From Planctomycetota bacterium (GTDB taxonomy: Bacteria; Planctomycetota; UBA1135; UBA2386): a stretch of 64,000 bases of DNA. The position numbers were made by a program, and so were the translations under genes. The stretch covers positions 91,784 through 155,783 of the forward strand of contig CANMWZ010000005.1 of NCBI GenBank assembly GCA_947501605.1. Direction: 5' to 3'. The notes below the pieces were generated by a model. That model searched no databases, was not told the DNA's origin, and saw only the letters and a program-made list of their open reading frames with translations. Shown one piece after another: positions 40,286-50,670 of this stretch. The stretch's first letter is position 1; every line of letters starts with the position of its first letter.

Positions 40286-41299
40286 TTATGCCGAGCGCAC
40301 GGTGTCGCCAAAAGCGCGATCTGCGCGTTCGGCCGTCGCGGCTGCATCCGCACCGGGCTGCCACGCGGTGCCCAGCAGGTGCAGCAGCACGGGGAGGAGC
40401 GCCAGCAGCGCACCGCCGACGGCAAGGGCCAGCAGGGCATACTCGCGGCGCGTGAGTTTCTCGAGCGGCGAGGTGCCCGATACCGACGTCAAGAACTCGA
40501 GGGTCTCGCTCGACAGGTGCTGCAGGTTGCCGTCGTGGTAGACGCCACCGAGCCGCACCGCGACTTGACGCAGCGTCGAACGGTCCTGCCGCGATTGGCG
40601 ACCGTCGAGGAATCGACCGGCGAGCGGATCGCCGACGCCGACGACGAGTACGCGCCGCACCGATGCGGGCATGCGCGGCATGCCCAGAGCCGGCACCGTG
40701 TCGCCATCGCTGACGAGTGCAACGATCGTACTTTTCGGCCGCCACGGCTCGGCGATCTTCGCGGCCTCGGTGAGGCCGGCAAAGATGTCGGTGCGCCCGG
40801 TCGGGAACGCGTGGTGCATCGGCAGATCGCCGAGGATGTTGCGTACGACCTCCAGGTCGTTGGTGTCGATCACCACGGGCTTGGCGCCGTTGTAGGTCGC
40901 GACCACGGAGATGCGGTACTGCTCGACCGGTACGCGCCGGAAGAACGACTCCATCACATCGCGGGCGCGCTGCATGCGGCTCTGCAGTTGGCTTGGGCCG
41001 GCATCGACGAGGCGCATGCTGGGGGAGACGTCGAGCACGAGCACGAGGTGCTGGAGTTCGTTCTCGGCGATCTGGCCGACCTTGTGCACCTTGGGTTCCA
41101 ACTGCAGCAGGGTCGCGAATCCGAACGCACAACTGGCGAAGGCGACCACGCGCAGCAACGGTGTCGCCCGCGCCCACAGTCGCGGCTGCCGCGAGGGACC
41201 AAAGGCGAGGCCGGCGACTCGCGACGTTCGCCGCTGATGCAGGAACTCCCCCAGTGCCGACAGCAGCACGGCGATAGCGATGGCGACCAACTCTACCAC
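40286..41299 (-). CDS. VWA domain membrane protein (BatB-like)
   Basis: N-terminal TMs, MIDAS motif LDVSPSM, T and SDGD, and a C-terminal TM. Confidence 0.85.
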   Translation of the reverse strand: MVELVAIAIAVLLSALGEFLHQRRTSRVAGLAFGPSRQPRLWARATPLLRVVAFASCAFGFATLLQLEPKVHKVGQIAENELQHLVLVLDVSPSMRLVDAGPSQLQSRMQRARDVMESFFRRVPVEQYRISVVATYNGAKPVVIDTNDLEVVRNILGDLPMHHAFPTGRTDIFAGLTEAAKIAEPWRPKSTIVALVSDGDTVPALGMPRMPASVRRVLVVGVGDPLAGRFLDGRQSRQDRSTLRQVAVRLGGVYHDGNLQHLSSETLEFLTSVSGTSPLEKLTRREYALLALAVGGALLALLPVLLHLLGTAWQPGADAAATAERADRAFGDTVRSA

Positions 41300-42207
41300 G
41301 GTGAGTACCTCAACCCGAGGCCGCAGAGCAGCGAGGCTGCTGCCAGCGACAAGCCGAGCCAGCACCAGGGTGCGAAGTCGTCGAGCGTTTCCGCCGCGAT
41401 CTTCTCGATCTTGGTCTGCTGCATGCTGTCGATGCGTGCGAACACTTCGGACAGCGATCCTGGATCATCGGCCTGGAATGCCGCGCCGCCGGTAGCGCCG
41501 GCGAGGTTGACCACTTCGGCCGGGGTCTCGTACTCGGCCGCGTGGATGCAGTAGACGACGATGCTGTCGCGTCGCAGCGCGTCGGCGACCTCCATCTCGT
41601 AGCCGTTGCCGAAGTCGCCGCTCTCGCCGTCGCTGACGAGGATCAGCATGCGGTCGCCTTCCTCGCGTTCGCGCAACACTTCGCGGCAGGCCATCAACGC
41701 CTTGCCGATCATCGTGCCACCGAACCACGGCGGTGCGATCTCAGGGCGCATGAACGGCGGGGCGCAGCGGATCGCCGACACGTCCGACGTCAGCGGGACC
41801 CAGTGCATCACGTTGTTGCCGAAGAAGGTCAGGCCGAACGCGTCGCCCTTGCGCTTGTCGAGGAACCCGTCGATGGCCTTCATCGCTGCGTCGTAACGGG
41901 TGCCATCCCCGAACGACGACGTCATGCTGCCACTGATATCGACGCAGAACTCGATGTTCGTCATCGCCCGGCGCGTGCGCGGTTCGCTGAAGCGCTGCGG
42001 GTTGGCGAGCACGACGATCGCGGTCGCGAGCAGCAGCGCCGGCATCGTTTCGGCGAGGTCGACGGCGATCCGCAGAGCCCGGGATCGGCGCGCGACCGAG
42101 CGGTCGAACGGCACGACCACGGCGCCGGTGCGGCGGCGCCAGATCCACGCGCCGAGCCACAGTGGCACGAGCAGCAGGAGCAGCAGCCACGGCTGACCAA
42201 ACGTCAC
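41293..42207 (-). CDS. VWA domain membrane protein (BatA-like)
   Basis: BatA N-terminus FGQPWLLLLLL and LANPQ. MIDAS motifs VDISGSM, GTMIG and SDGE, and a C-terminal TM. GTGA overlap. Confidence 0.88.
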   Translation of the reverse strand: MTFGQPWLLLLLLVPLWLGAWIWRRRTGAVVVPFDRSVARRSRALRIAVDLAETMPALLLATAIVVLANPQRFSEPRTRRAMTNIEFCVDISGSMTSSFGDGTRYDAAMKAIDGFLDKRKGDAFGLTFFGNNVMHWVPLTSDVSAIRCAPPFMRPEIAPPWFGGTMIGKALMACREVLREREEGDRMLILVSDGESGDFGNGYEMEVADALRRDSIVVYCIHAAEYETPAEVVNLAGATGGAAFQADDPGSLSEVFARIDSMQQTKIEKIAAETLDDFAPWCWLGLSLAAASLLCGLGLRYSPW

Positions 42208-43037
42208 GCGCGACCTCCGTCGTCGTCGCCCACGGCCGCGTACGGACGCAGCAAGGACTCGACGTCGACCGGTTCCGGTGCCCTGCGGTGCAGCCACTGC
42301 TCGAGAGCGCGCAGCACGACTCCGGCCTCGGGATGGTTGCGCAGTTCGCGAATGGCATCGCGCGCCGGGCGGTCTTGCAGCTGCAGGCGATCGCGCCAGA
42401 ACGACAACAGCAGGCGCTCGAGTTCGGCGCGCTGTTCTTGCGCTAGCGAACCCTGCAGCGCCGCGGCGACGAGCGGCCGCAGGCGGTCGGCGAGCGTGAT
42501 CGGCTTCGGTGGTGGCGCGGTGGCGCGCGCGCGCTTCTTGCCCACGAACGCGATCGCGACGAGGCCGGCGACCCAGGCGCTGCCGAGAAGCCAAAGCCAC
42601 GTCGAGTAGCCGCCGAGCTTTGGCGCGGGCACGGAGGACAGCGCGTTGGGCTCGTGCTGTTCTTGGTTGCGCACCTCGGTGACGACGACCGGGATCTTCG
42701 GCAGTGGCCCCGCATCGCTGCGGTCTTTGCGACGCAAGCACGACGCGAGGTCATAGTCGCCCTTTTCGAAGGCGGTGAACTCGAGGTCGTAGCGGTTGGC
42801 ACTGCCGTGCTTCTGCACGTGCTCGATGCGCACCACGACGTTGCTGTTGGGCGTGGTCTCGATCGGCTCGAACTCACTGCCGGGCAGCACGACGCCGGCA
42901 ACGTGACCGATCATGCCGACGGTGGTTCTGACTGGTTCGAGGACCGGCAATTGCGCGATCGTCGGCGAGGGGGCGGAGGTGGGATCCTGGGCCGCTGCGA
43001 TTGCAACGAACAGCAGCGGAATGAACGCGCGTCTCAT
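42204..43037 (-). CDS. Exported, membrane-anchored Bat-cluster accessory protein (BatD-like)
   Basis: Signal peptide, Ig-like beta region, TM followed by KKR, and a helical C-terminus. Located between DUF58 and the VWA genes with 4-bp overlaps. Confidence 0.65.
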   Translation of the reverse strand: MRRAFIPLLFVAIAAAQDPTSAPSPTIAQLPVLEPVRTTVGMIGHVAGVVLPGSEFEPIETTPNSNVVVRIEHVQKHGSANRYDLEFTAFEKGDYDLASCLRRKDRSDAGPLPKIPVVVTEVRNQEQHEPNALSSVPAPKLGGYSTWLWLLGSAWVAGLVAIAFVGKKRARATAPPPKPITLADRLRPLVAAALQGSLAQEQRAELERLLLSFWRDRLQLQDRPARDAIRELRNHPEAGVVLRALEQWLHRRAPEPVDVESLLRPYAAVGDDDGGRA

Positions 43038-43894
43038 CGAGCCCCCTTGCCGAACACGCCGCGCGAGCGGCAGAAGTGGCGCAGCCGCTGTGCAAACGGT
43101 GCGTCGGTGTCGATCGTGAACTGGTCGATGCCAGCGCGCTGCAGCTCGCGCGCGACGCTCTCGTCGTCGAGCCACCGGGCGCGACCATGGGTGACGAACG
43201 ATGCACCTGATTCGGCCTCGCGCAGGCGAAAGATGCCGGCGCCGCGCAGTTGTCGTTCCGCCGGGTCGCGCATGCGCAGCACGATCACGTCGTGGCGTTG
43301 GCCGAGCAGTTTGAGCACTTGGACTGCACTGTCCTCGTGCAGGTCGGTGATGGCGATGACCAGCGTGCGGCTGTTCAAGCGCGCGGCGAGTTCGCCAGCG
43401 CGGCGAGCGAGCGAGGTCTGCTCGTCATAGCGGAAGTGGCGCAGCTTCAAGAGCCATTGCAGGACCTGCTGCCGCGACAGGCTCGGTTCGACGCGCAGCG
43501 AGCGCTCGCCGACGCCGAGGATTCCGACCGGGCTCACGCGATCGAGGCAGGCGTAGGCGAGACCGCCAGCCACATGCAGCGCGGTCGAGTACTTCGTTGG
43601 CGTCCGCGATCCGGTCGCCATCGACGCTGAGGTGTCGAGCAGGATCCACGCCGGCATCTGCTTCTGCGCCTCATACTCCTTCACGTGCACGCGGCCGGTG
43701 CGCGCGGTGACGCGCCAGTCGATGCTGCGAATGGGGTCGCCGGGCACGTACTTGCGCGACTGCACGTACTCGATGCCGCCGCCGAGGAACGGCGACTTGT
43801 CGGTGCCGAACAGGAGGCTGTCCGCCAATCGTTTGATGGCGATGTGGAACTGCCGGCTGTCGAGCGGCAACAGGGCATCGAGTTGACCTTCCAC
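43034..43894 (-). CDS. DUF58 family protein
   Basis: GGGIEY..SRKYVPGDPIRSIDWRVTAR, VKEYE and LDTSASM motifs. Confidence 0.92.
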   Translation of the reverse strand: MEGQLDALLPLDSRQFHIAIKRLADSLLFGTDKSPFLGGGIEYVQSRKYVPGDPIRSIDWRVTARTGRVHVKEYEAQKQMPAWILLDTSASMATGSRTPTKYSTALHVAGGLAYACLDRVSPVGILGVGERSLRVEPSLSRQQVLQWLLKLRHFRYDEQTSLARRAGELAARLNSRTLVIAITDLHEDSAVQVLKLLGQRHDVIVLRMRDPAERQLRGAGIFRLREAESGASFVTHGRARWLDDESVARELQRAGIDQFTIDTDAPFAQRLRHFCRSRGVFGKGAR

Positions 43895-43907
43895 GGCGGC
43901 GGCGCGC

Positions 43908-44963
43908 TCAGGCCTTGGCTGCCGTGTGGGCCGTGCCGTTTGCAGTGGTGCGCTGCTTCGGCGCGCCGAGCTCCGACAGCATTTCCTCCAGCACACCAGC
44001 GGTCGTACGACCATCGGCGAGCGCCTCGTACGACAACCGCATGCGGTGCAGCAGGCAGTCCTCGGCGAGTGCGAACAGATCCTCGGGCACAACGTAGTCG
44101 CGGCCTTGGATCAGCGCGCGCGCGCGTGCCGACTTGAGCATCGCAATGCCGGCTCGCGGGCTGCAGCCGAGCGCCACAGCGGGATGCTTGCGGGTGCGGC
44201 CGACGATCTCGACGACGTGGTCGAGGAAGGTGTCGCTCACGTGCACGCTGTGCACCGCCTCCATGGCCGAGATCAGGTCTTCCGCCGTACCCACGGGCGA
44301 GGTGTCGATGACATCGAACTCGGTGCGCGCGATTGCACCCTTCTCCTCGCGGCGCACGCCGAGGTTGAGGTTGCGGCGCAGCACTTCCTTCTCCTGTTCT
44401 GGGGGCAGGTACTCGAGTCGGTGGCAGAGCATGAAGCGGTCGAGCTGCGCTTCGGGCAGCTCGAACGTTCCGGCCTGTTCGATCGGGTTCTGGGTCGCGA
44501 TGACCAAGAACGGGGCCGGCAGCTTGAAGGTCTCCTTGCCGATCGTGACCTTGCGTTCTTGCATCGCTTCCAGCAACGCACCCTGCACCTTTGGCGCGGC
44601 GCGGTTGATCTCGTCGGCCAGTAGCAGGTTCGTGAAGATCGGGCCCTTCAGCACGTGGAAGCTGTTGGTCCGCTGGTCCAGGATCTCGCTGCCGAGAATG
44701 TCGCTCGGCAACAAGTCGATCGTGAACTGCACGCGCGCGAACTGCAGGTCGATCGCCCGCGACAAGGTTGCCGCCAGCAGGGTCTTGGCGATTCCCGGGA
44801 CGCCCTGCAGCAGGATGTGGCCGCCGGTGAACAGGGCGATGAGCAGTCGCTCCACCACGACATCCTGACCGACAACGACGGTGGCGACGCGCGTTCTCAC
44901 GGCGTCGAGGAAACGGATCGTGGCGGCGGTATCAGCCACCGGACGCGAGGGGGTCTTGCTCAT
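43908..44963 (-). CDS. MoxR family AAA+ ATPase
   Basis: VVGQD, HILLQGVPGIAKT, QFTIDLLPSD, LADEINRA, ATQNPIE, LPEAQLDRF and G.SPRA motifs. Confidence 0.95.
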   Translation of the reverse strand: MSKTPSRPVADTAATIRFLDAVRTRVATVVVGQDVVVERLLIALFTGGHILLQGVPGIAKTLLAATLSRAIDLQFARVQFTIDLLPSDILGSEILDQRTNSFHVLKGPIFTNLLLADEINRAAPKVQGALLEAMQERKVTIGKETFKLPAPFLVIATQNPIEQAGTFELPEAQLDRFMLCHRLEYLPPEQEKEVLRRNLNLGVRREEKGAIARTEFDVIDTSPVGTAEDLISAMEAVHSVHVSDTFLDHVVEIVGRTRKHPAVALGCSPRAGIAMLKSARARALIQGRDYVVPEDLFALAEDCLLHRMRLSYEALADGRTTAGVLEEMLSELGAPKQRTTANGTAHTAAKA

Positions 44964-45063
44964 GCGCGATTGGGGTCCCGAGGAGGCCGTTCATCCTACG
45001 TCGCGGGCGGAGCGGTGCACGCGCCGCTTCAGCCGCTGCCGCGCGTGGGTCGATCCACGGCCT

Positions 45064-45906
45064 GTGGCCGGGATCGTCAAGACCGCAGTTTCCATCCTGC
45101 GCGCGCCGGGCAACGCGATTGCGTTCCGCCTGCGGTCCCGCCTCCGCTGGAGCAAGGGCGTGGCCGCTCTCCCGCACGAGGACAAGGGCGAGCGACTGGG
45201 CTGGCTCACGTGCGAAGGGCATGCCCGGGCGCAGGATCTCGAGGCTCGCTTCGATCTCGCGGCGCTGCGCCAGCGATCTTCGCGGTTGGTCTTCGCCGAG
45301 AACTTGGCACTGCTCGACAGCCTCAGCCGGTTGCTCGAAGGCACCGTTCTGCCGGTGTCCGAAGATGGTGTGCTGCGTGCGGTCGATGTCGGCAGTGGTG
45401 TGTTTCAGTACGCCACGGCCCTGCAGCGCTACCTTGCCGGCAGCGGCACAACCAGGCTGCGGCGCGTCGTGCTGCGCGGCATCGAAGTCGATGGTCACGG
45501 CATCTACCGCGACGGGCACAGTCGCAGCGATCACGCGCGAGCGCATGCGGCGTTGGCCGGCGACGACGTCCACTTCCAGGTCGGCGACTTCACGGCGGTG
45601 CGACTCCCCGAGCAGGACCTCGTCACCATGTGGTTCCCCTTCGTGACGCGCTACTCGCTGTTGCAGTGGGGCCTGCCTTTGTCGCTGTTCGCACCAAGGG
45701 AGTTGTTCCAACGGGCAGCGCAGATCGTTCGTCCCGGTGGTCTGTTGGTCGTCGCCAGCCAGACCGAGATCGAGGCGTTGGCAGTCGAACGGCTCGTGCA
45801 GGAGTTGCCGTTCACGCACGTGACCAGCGCTTCCTTGGCGACGGACTTGGTGCCCTACGGCGAACGCACGCTGGGTCGCCTGGGTGCCGTCTACCGCCGC
45901 AACTGA
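45064..45906 (+). CDS. Putative class I SAM-dependent methyltransferase
   Basis: Motif I AVDVGSG, GIEVD, GDF, DLVTMWFPF and VRPGGLL. Start uncertain (the ORF is open from 44881). Confidence 0.65.
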   Translation: MAGIVKTAVSILRAPGNAIAFRLRSRLRWSKGVAALPHEDKGERLGWLTCEGHARAQDLEARFDLAALRQRSSRLVFAENLALLDSLSRLLEGTVLPVSEDGVLRAVDVGSGVFQYATALQRYLAGSGTTRLRRVVLRGIEVDGHGIYRDGHSRSDHARAHAALAGDDVHFQVGDFTAVRLPEQDLVTMWFPFVTRYSLLQWGLPLSLFAPRELFQRAAQIVRPGGLLVVASQTEIEALAVERLVQELPFTHVTSASLATDLVPYGERTLGRLGAVYRRN

Positions 45907-45920
45907 CTGGCGGCGCGAAG

Positions 45921-48887
45921 TCAGCGCCGATCGAGGCTCGTGCGCACCACCACGGGCTCCGCAGAGGAGACCTCGCACGTCCCGATCACGGCCGGCGTTC
46001 CTGCCGCGGGACCGGTCTCCAGCACCACGCGATACTGGCCCAAGGGCACGTTGCGCAACTCGTAGCGCCCGTCGCGGTCGACGTTGCCTTTGACCGTGTT
46101 CTGTGCAGCATCGGGCAGCAGGAGGATCGCGCCGCGTCCGTCGACGAGTGACTTGGGATCGATCTGTCCGCGCACGCGACCGAGCGGGACGAGCTCGATG
46201 GTGATGGGACCGAACTCGGCAGCGCGGTCGACGACCAGCTGGCTCGTGGCCGTGCCGGCGCTGTCCTTCTCGGCCCGCAACTCATAGGCGCCGAGTGGCA
46301 ACTGCGCGATGAGGAACGCGCCGCGGCCGTCGGTGCGCTGGCTGCGCAGTGCGCTCGACCGACCGGCGCCGCCGCGGTCGTGCAGCCACACGCGACAGTC
46401 GGCGACTGGCGCGCCGCTGCGATCGCGCACTTCGCCACGCACCGAGGCCGTCACCACATCGATCTGCAGTTCTTGGCTCTGCTCGTTGACGACGGTGAGG
46501 TCGCGGGCGAACTGGTGGCTGAACAGGTTCTCCAGCAGCCGGCTCTCAGCAACGTCCTTCGGCACCACGACGACGCGCAGCGCGCCTTCTGGGCAGCGGC
46601 CGAGGTCGAAGGTGCCGGCGCGGTCGACGCGCGAGGTGGTTCGGCGATTGCTCGGGGTGCTGGTGCCAACTACCAGGGCGCCCTCGCCGGGCCGGCCATC
46701 GATCGTCACGACCCCGCGGATGTCCGCGCCGCTGCCCGAATACGGCTGCGTGTCCAGCATCGCGTCGATCCGGACGGACAACGTCTCGCCCGAGTGCAGT
46801 TCGACGTCGGCCTTGGTCCACGGCAGGATCTGCTTCCGTCGCGCCATGTAGTCGTAGATGCCGCCGATGGTGCCGACATCGGTCATCGCGTCCTGCACGG
46901 TGACGCGCCAACTACCAGGTTGGATGGCGCCGAAGGTGAACGAACCGTCGAGCGCCGGCAGTTGCAGTTGGGGCAGGTCCGGCATGGCGCCGCGCGGTTG
47001 CTCCTTGCTGTAGCGTCGCTCGAGCACGGCGACCCAGCGGCCTGTCATTGGTGGCCTGCCGCCGTCCGTGAGGATGCCGTGGATCGAGCCCGCGGCTTGG
47101 AATTGCAGGTGGACGTGTTCTGGCAGTCCCTGCACCTCTTGGTGCACCTGGCCGTGCTGCGGGTGCTCGGCCGTCACTTTGGTCATGTCGGTCGGCAGAT
47201 CGCGCAAGGTGCAGAGGCCCTCGCGATCGGTGGTGCCCGCGTGGGTCGGGACTTCGAGGATGCGTTGTGCCCGGGCGCCGCCGCGCGGTTGGACGTAGAG
47301 CGCCGCGCCTTCGACCGGCTCGCCTGCGGCGTCCAGAACGTGCACCTGGGCCGTGCGTGCGGCGCGCAACTGCACGCTGAGATCGGCGTCGCCTGTGACC
47401 TCGACCTGCAGGGATTCGATGCCGCAGTTGCGCGCGGTCACGAGCACAGTCCACGACCCTGCGGGCACGTCGGCGATGCGCACCCGACCATCCGGCAGAC
47501 TCTGCACGCGGGCAGCAAGATCGAGCTGGCTGCGCATGCCGAGCATCTGCAGTTCGACGGCCATCTGGTCGCGATTGCCGCGCGCGAACTGCAGCTTGGG
47601 CGCCGAGCACGGCTTTCCGTCTGGCAGCAGCACGCGCAACAGCAAGCTGTGATGAGCCGCCAAGACGACCTCGAGCGGCGCGCCCGACGGGGCGCTCTTG
47701 CCGAGGATCCAAGGCTCCTTCGGCGAGCGGCGCGCGGCGGCGAGTGCGCGCCCGCGCGGCAAGCCCGTGACCGCCAGCGTGCCTTGCGCGTTGGTGCTGC
47801 CCATGCGCTCGCCCAGGTGCACCGGGAGGCCGAGGCTCTCGCCTGCCACCAGGACTTCGGCGTCCGCGATCGGCTGGCCCCCCGGTTCGCGGACCAGCAC
47901 CGTGGTTTCCTCGCCGTCCTGCAGTGCCGTCTCGCCGAGATCCTGGTGCGTGGCGGCCACGACCTGCACGCCCTGCTTCAGCACACCGAGGTGGCCTGGA
48001 TGTGTGAGTGCCACGACGTTTTGGCCAGGATCGACGCCGTAGAGGGTGAAGCTGCCGTCGGCGGCGGTCGTGGCGCGGCAGAGCGGCAGTGCCTGTTCAA
48101 CACGCGCCGCCCACGGTGGCAACTCGACGACCGCGTCTACCCCGTTGGCCGTCACGAACAGCGCATCGTCGGCTGTCAGGCGTTCGATCGGGAACATCGA
48201 GAACGGCAGGTTCGGCAGCCGCATGGCGCGCACCGTGGCCAGCGCAATCGGGTCGCCGCGGTCGTCGACGACACGGCCGGTCAGCACGGCACCTTGCTTG
48301 AGCACGAGGTCGCCGAGGTCCTTCTCCTCGCCAGGCTGCGGCGCGCTCTGGACAGCGATCACCGTACCGTCGCCGGCGCGCAGGTGTGGCGGTGCACTCG
48401 TGATCACGGGCCACTCGAGCCGAAGCCAGCAGATGCCGCGCCCGGCGATGCCACCGAGTCGGAAGCGGCCGTCGGCGGCGGTGGTCGCGCGCGCGGCTTC
48501 GAGTTGCGGTTCGGGCGGCGCCGTGGCGAAGGCGTCGAGACCTGCCAGCAGCAGGACGTCGGGAGCGCCGCGAAACAGCCGCACGCGCATGCCTGGCACT
48601 GGCGTGCCGGTTGCGGTGACGATGCGACCGCGATAGCCGGTGCGCGAGTGCGCAAAGGGGTCGATGGCCGCCGTCGCCGAGCGGGTGGCCGCGTCAGCAT
48701 CGAGCGCCCGCTCCCCGACGGCCGCTGTCGCCAAGGCGCTGTCGGCGTGGCCGGCAGCGTCGACGGCTGCAGTGGTCGAGTTCGCTGCGAGCCCGGTGTT
48801 GGGCGGGGGGGGCGCATCGTCCCAGCACCACAGGACCAGTAGGCCAAGGGTCAACAAGAGGACCGTCGTGAACGCCGCGCGACGCAT
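45921..48887 (-). CDS. Large exported protein with repeated carboxypeptidase-regulatory-like (Ig/prealbumin) domains
   Basis: N-terminal TM/signal and repeats such as GRIVTATGTPVPG, TAADGRF, GRVVDDRGDPI, TAADGSF, GEVRDRSGAPV, TDGRGAF and VDRDGRY. Start taken at MRRAAF. Confidence 0.8.
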   Translation of the reverse strand: MRRAAFTTVLLLTLGLLVLWCWDDAPPPPNTGLAANSTTAAVDAAGHADSALATAAVGERALDADAATRSATAAIDPFAHSRTGYRGRIVTATGTPVPGMRVRLFRGAPDVLLLAGLDAFATAPPEPQLEAARATTAADGRFRLGGIAGRGICWLRLEWPVITSAPPHLRAGDGTVIAVQSAPQPGEEKDLGDLVLKQGAVLTGRVVDDRGDPIALATVRAMRLPNLPFSMFPIERLTADDALFVTANGVDAVVELPPWAARVEQALPLCRATTAADGSFTLYGVDPGQNVVALTHPGHLGVLKQGVQVVAATHQDLGETALQDGEETTVLVREPGGQPIADAEVLVAGESLGLPVHLGERMGSTNAQGTLAVTGLPRGRALAAARRSPKEPWILGKSAPSGAPLEVVLAAHHSLLLRVLLPDGKPCSAPKLQFARGNRDQMAVELQMLGMRSQLDLAARVQSLPDGRVRIADVPAGSWTVLVTARNCGIESLQVEVTGDADLSVQLRAARTAQVHVLDAAGEPVEGAALYVQPRGGARAQRILEVPTHAGTTDREGLCTLRDLPTDMTKVTAEHPQHGQVHQEVQGLPEHVHLQFQAAGSIHGILTDGGRPPMTGRWVAVLERRYSKEQPRGAMPDLPQLQLPALDGSFTFGAIQPGSWRVTVQDAMTDVGTIGGIYDYMARRKQILPWTKADVELHSGETLSVRIDAMLDTQPYSGSGADIRGVVTIDGRPGEGALVVGTSTPSNRRTTSRVDRAGTFDLGRCPEGALRVVVVPKDVAESRLLENLFSHQFARDLTVVNEQSQELQIDVVTASVRGEVRDRSGAPVADCRVWLHDRGGAGRSSALRSQRTDGRGAFLIAQLPLGAYELRAEKDSAGTATSQLVVDRAAEFGPITIELVPLGRVRGQIDPKSLVDGRGAILLLPDAAQNTVKGNVDRDGRYELRNVPLGQYRVVLETGPAAGTPAVIGTCEVSSAEPVVVRTSLDRR

Positions 48888-48940
48888 CGCCTCATTGCAG
48901 CGAATGGAGTGGCGCGGCGGAAGGGGTCTCATCCGCCGGT

Positions 48941-50557
48941 TCAGGCTGGCAGCAGGGTCAAGAACAGGTCTTCCTGGGAGAACAGGAGCGTCCACAACTC
49001 GCGCGCAGCGGCATCGTCGAGCTGCGTTCGGGGAGCGCCGTGGGCCGTGGCGAACGCCCGCGCTGCGGCGAGCCTGCGGGTGTCGTCGCGCAGGCGTACC
49101 GCGTCGTAGCCGTGGGCCACGGGCAGTGGCTCGCGGCCCAAGTGGTCCCTGAGTGCCGTTGGGTGCCGTTGCGCGGTGGCGTACGGCGACAGACCAAAGC
49201 GGATGCGGCCGTGCTCCAGTGGCGAAGCCCATGGCAGCCATGTTCCCATCTGGTCGTCGAACGACGGCAGCCCCAACTCGGGCCATCGCCGATCGGCTTC
49301 GAAGGCGGCGAACAGGTGGCCATAGAGTGGATTGGGCGCGCGTCGACCGACCCGCAGGGCCGCGGCGTCGCGCAGGAAGCGATCCTCGCCGGCGATGACC
49401 TCGTGCGGACAGAGGTCTGGTTGCTCGGGTTCGCCGCCAAGTACGAGTCCGTCGGCCAGAAGGCGCGGCACGTCGCGTGCGTCGAGCGAGCTGCCGAGTG
49501 CTCGTGCGTCGCGGGCGCGCAGCACGAGATCGCCGTCGCCCGTTCGCGTCGGCACGCGGCCGCCGAACAGGCGCAGGCGCAGCAGTCGCAGTGCGTGCCG
49601 CAGCGACGCAGGTTTGCCAGCGAACGTCGGGTGCGGTCGCAGTGGTCCTTTTGCAGCGGCAGCGACATCGTCGCGCACCAGGCCGACGACGAAGTTCTGC
49701 CGCAGCTCCTGCCACAGATCGAGATAGCCCAGCACGGTCGATTGACTGCGCGCCTGCAATCCGAGTCGTGCCGCTGCGACATCGGGCTGCGCCCATGGCC
49801 GGTGCATCCAGTGGGCCGGCTCCAGTCCTGCTGCTTCGATCAGACTGCCGAGTTGCCAAGCCGTGAACCCGCGGTCGCCGGCGTGCAAGAACGCGTCGAC
49901 GATGCCGGCGTCATTCCTGCTGTCGGCGTAGGTGGTGAAGGCGTAGCGCAGCGGACTCGTTCGCGCCAACGACCTGACGAAGGCTCGAAATCGGCTCGGG
50001 TGCGAGCGATCGCCGGCGTGAAAGCCGCAGAGTCGCGCCACTCGCTGCAACTGGAACACGCGCGTTCGCGAGAACTGTGGGTAGACCATGACCCGGAGCA
50101 CGCCGTCCCGCGTCAGCCGCTGGCCGAGTGCCGCCAATGCGGACAGCGGGTCGCGAAGGTTCATCAGCACGCCGTAGCACTCGATCAGATCAAACTCGCC
50201 TTCGGGCCAGGTCGACGGGTCTTCGAGGTCGCACGGCGCGAAGGTGACGTTGCGCACTCGATGCACGGCGCAGCGCCTCTGCGCGCGTGCGAGGCTCGGT
50301 TCGGACAGGTCAGTCGCGAGGATCTCGGCGCGCGGATTGGCAGTGCCGAACACGTACGGCTGGAAGGTGCCGCAGCCGGCGATCCAGATACGCGGCCGAT
50401 CCGGCGCCTTGCCGCGGCCGCATCGATCCCACAGGGAGTCGCAGTGCAGTTGCCAGGGATGCGTGCTGTTGACGTTGGCCAGCAGCGGTACGGCGGGGTA
50501 GGGCCAATCCCCGTACTGCCTGCCGATGTCGTTCGTTGCCGAGCGGGTCCCGTCCAT
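48941..50557 (-). CDS. Class I SAM-dependent methyltransferase with a C-terminal extension
   Basis: QYGDWPYP, RIWIAGCGT, ATDLS, FDLIECYGVL and DAFLH motifs. Confidence 0.82.
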   Translation of the reverse strand: MDGTRSATNDIGRQYGDWPYPAVPLLANVNSTHPWQLHCDSLWDRCGRGKAPDRPRIWIAGCGTFQPYVFGTANPRAEILATDLSEPSLARAQRRCAVHRVRNVTFAPCDLEDPSTWPEGEFDLIECYGVLMNLRDPLSALAALGQRLTRDGVLRVMVYPQFSRTRVFQLQRVARLCGFHAGDRSHPSRFRAFVRSLARTSPLRYAFTTYADSRNDAGIVDAFLHAGDRGFTAWQLGSLIEAAGLEPAHWMHRPWAQPDVAAARLGLQARSQSTVLGYLDLWQELRQNFVVGLVRDDVAAAAKGPLRPHPTFAGKPASLRHALRLLRLRLFGGRVPTRTGDGDLVLRARDARALGSSLDARDVPRLLADGLVLGGEPEQPDLCPHEVIAGEDRFLRDAAALRVGRRAPNPLYGHLFAAFEADRRWPELGLPSFDDQMGTWLPWASPLEHGRIRFGLSPYATAQRHPTALRDHLGREPLPVAHGYDAVRLRDDTRRLAAARAFATAHGAPRTQLDDAAARELWTLLFSQEDLFLTLLPA

Positions 50558-50670
50558 GCGACCCTTGCTATCGGCATTCGGCGCCGCCTTTCGCGAGCGA
50601 ACGAGCCGCGGCACGCAGCTCGCCCAGCTAGTTGTGGCGCGATGCCGGTGCCAACCCAGATGATGGCTCG

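Noticed and set aside
46380..48842. Long antisense ORFs (for example 46380..48842 +, 53050..55194 -, 61560..63413 -, 27669..29198 -)
   Set aside because: These are shadow ORFs expected in high-GC coding DNA. They carry no motifs and lie opposite well-supported genes.
48888..49859. 1312-aa version of the Ig-repeat protein
   Set aside because: The extension is an Arg-rich off-frame reading of the methyltransferase gene. The signal/TM segment starts at 48887.
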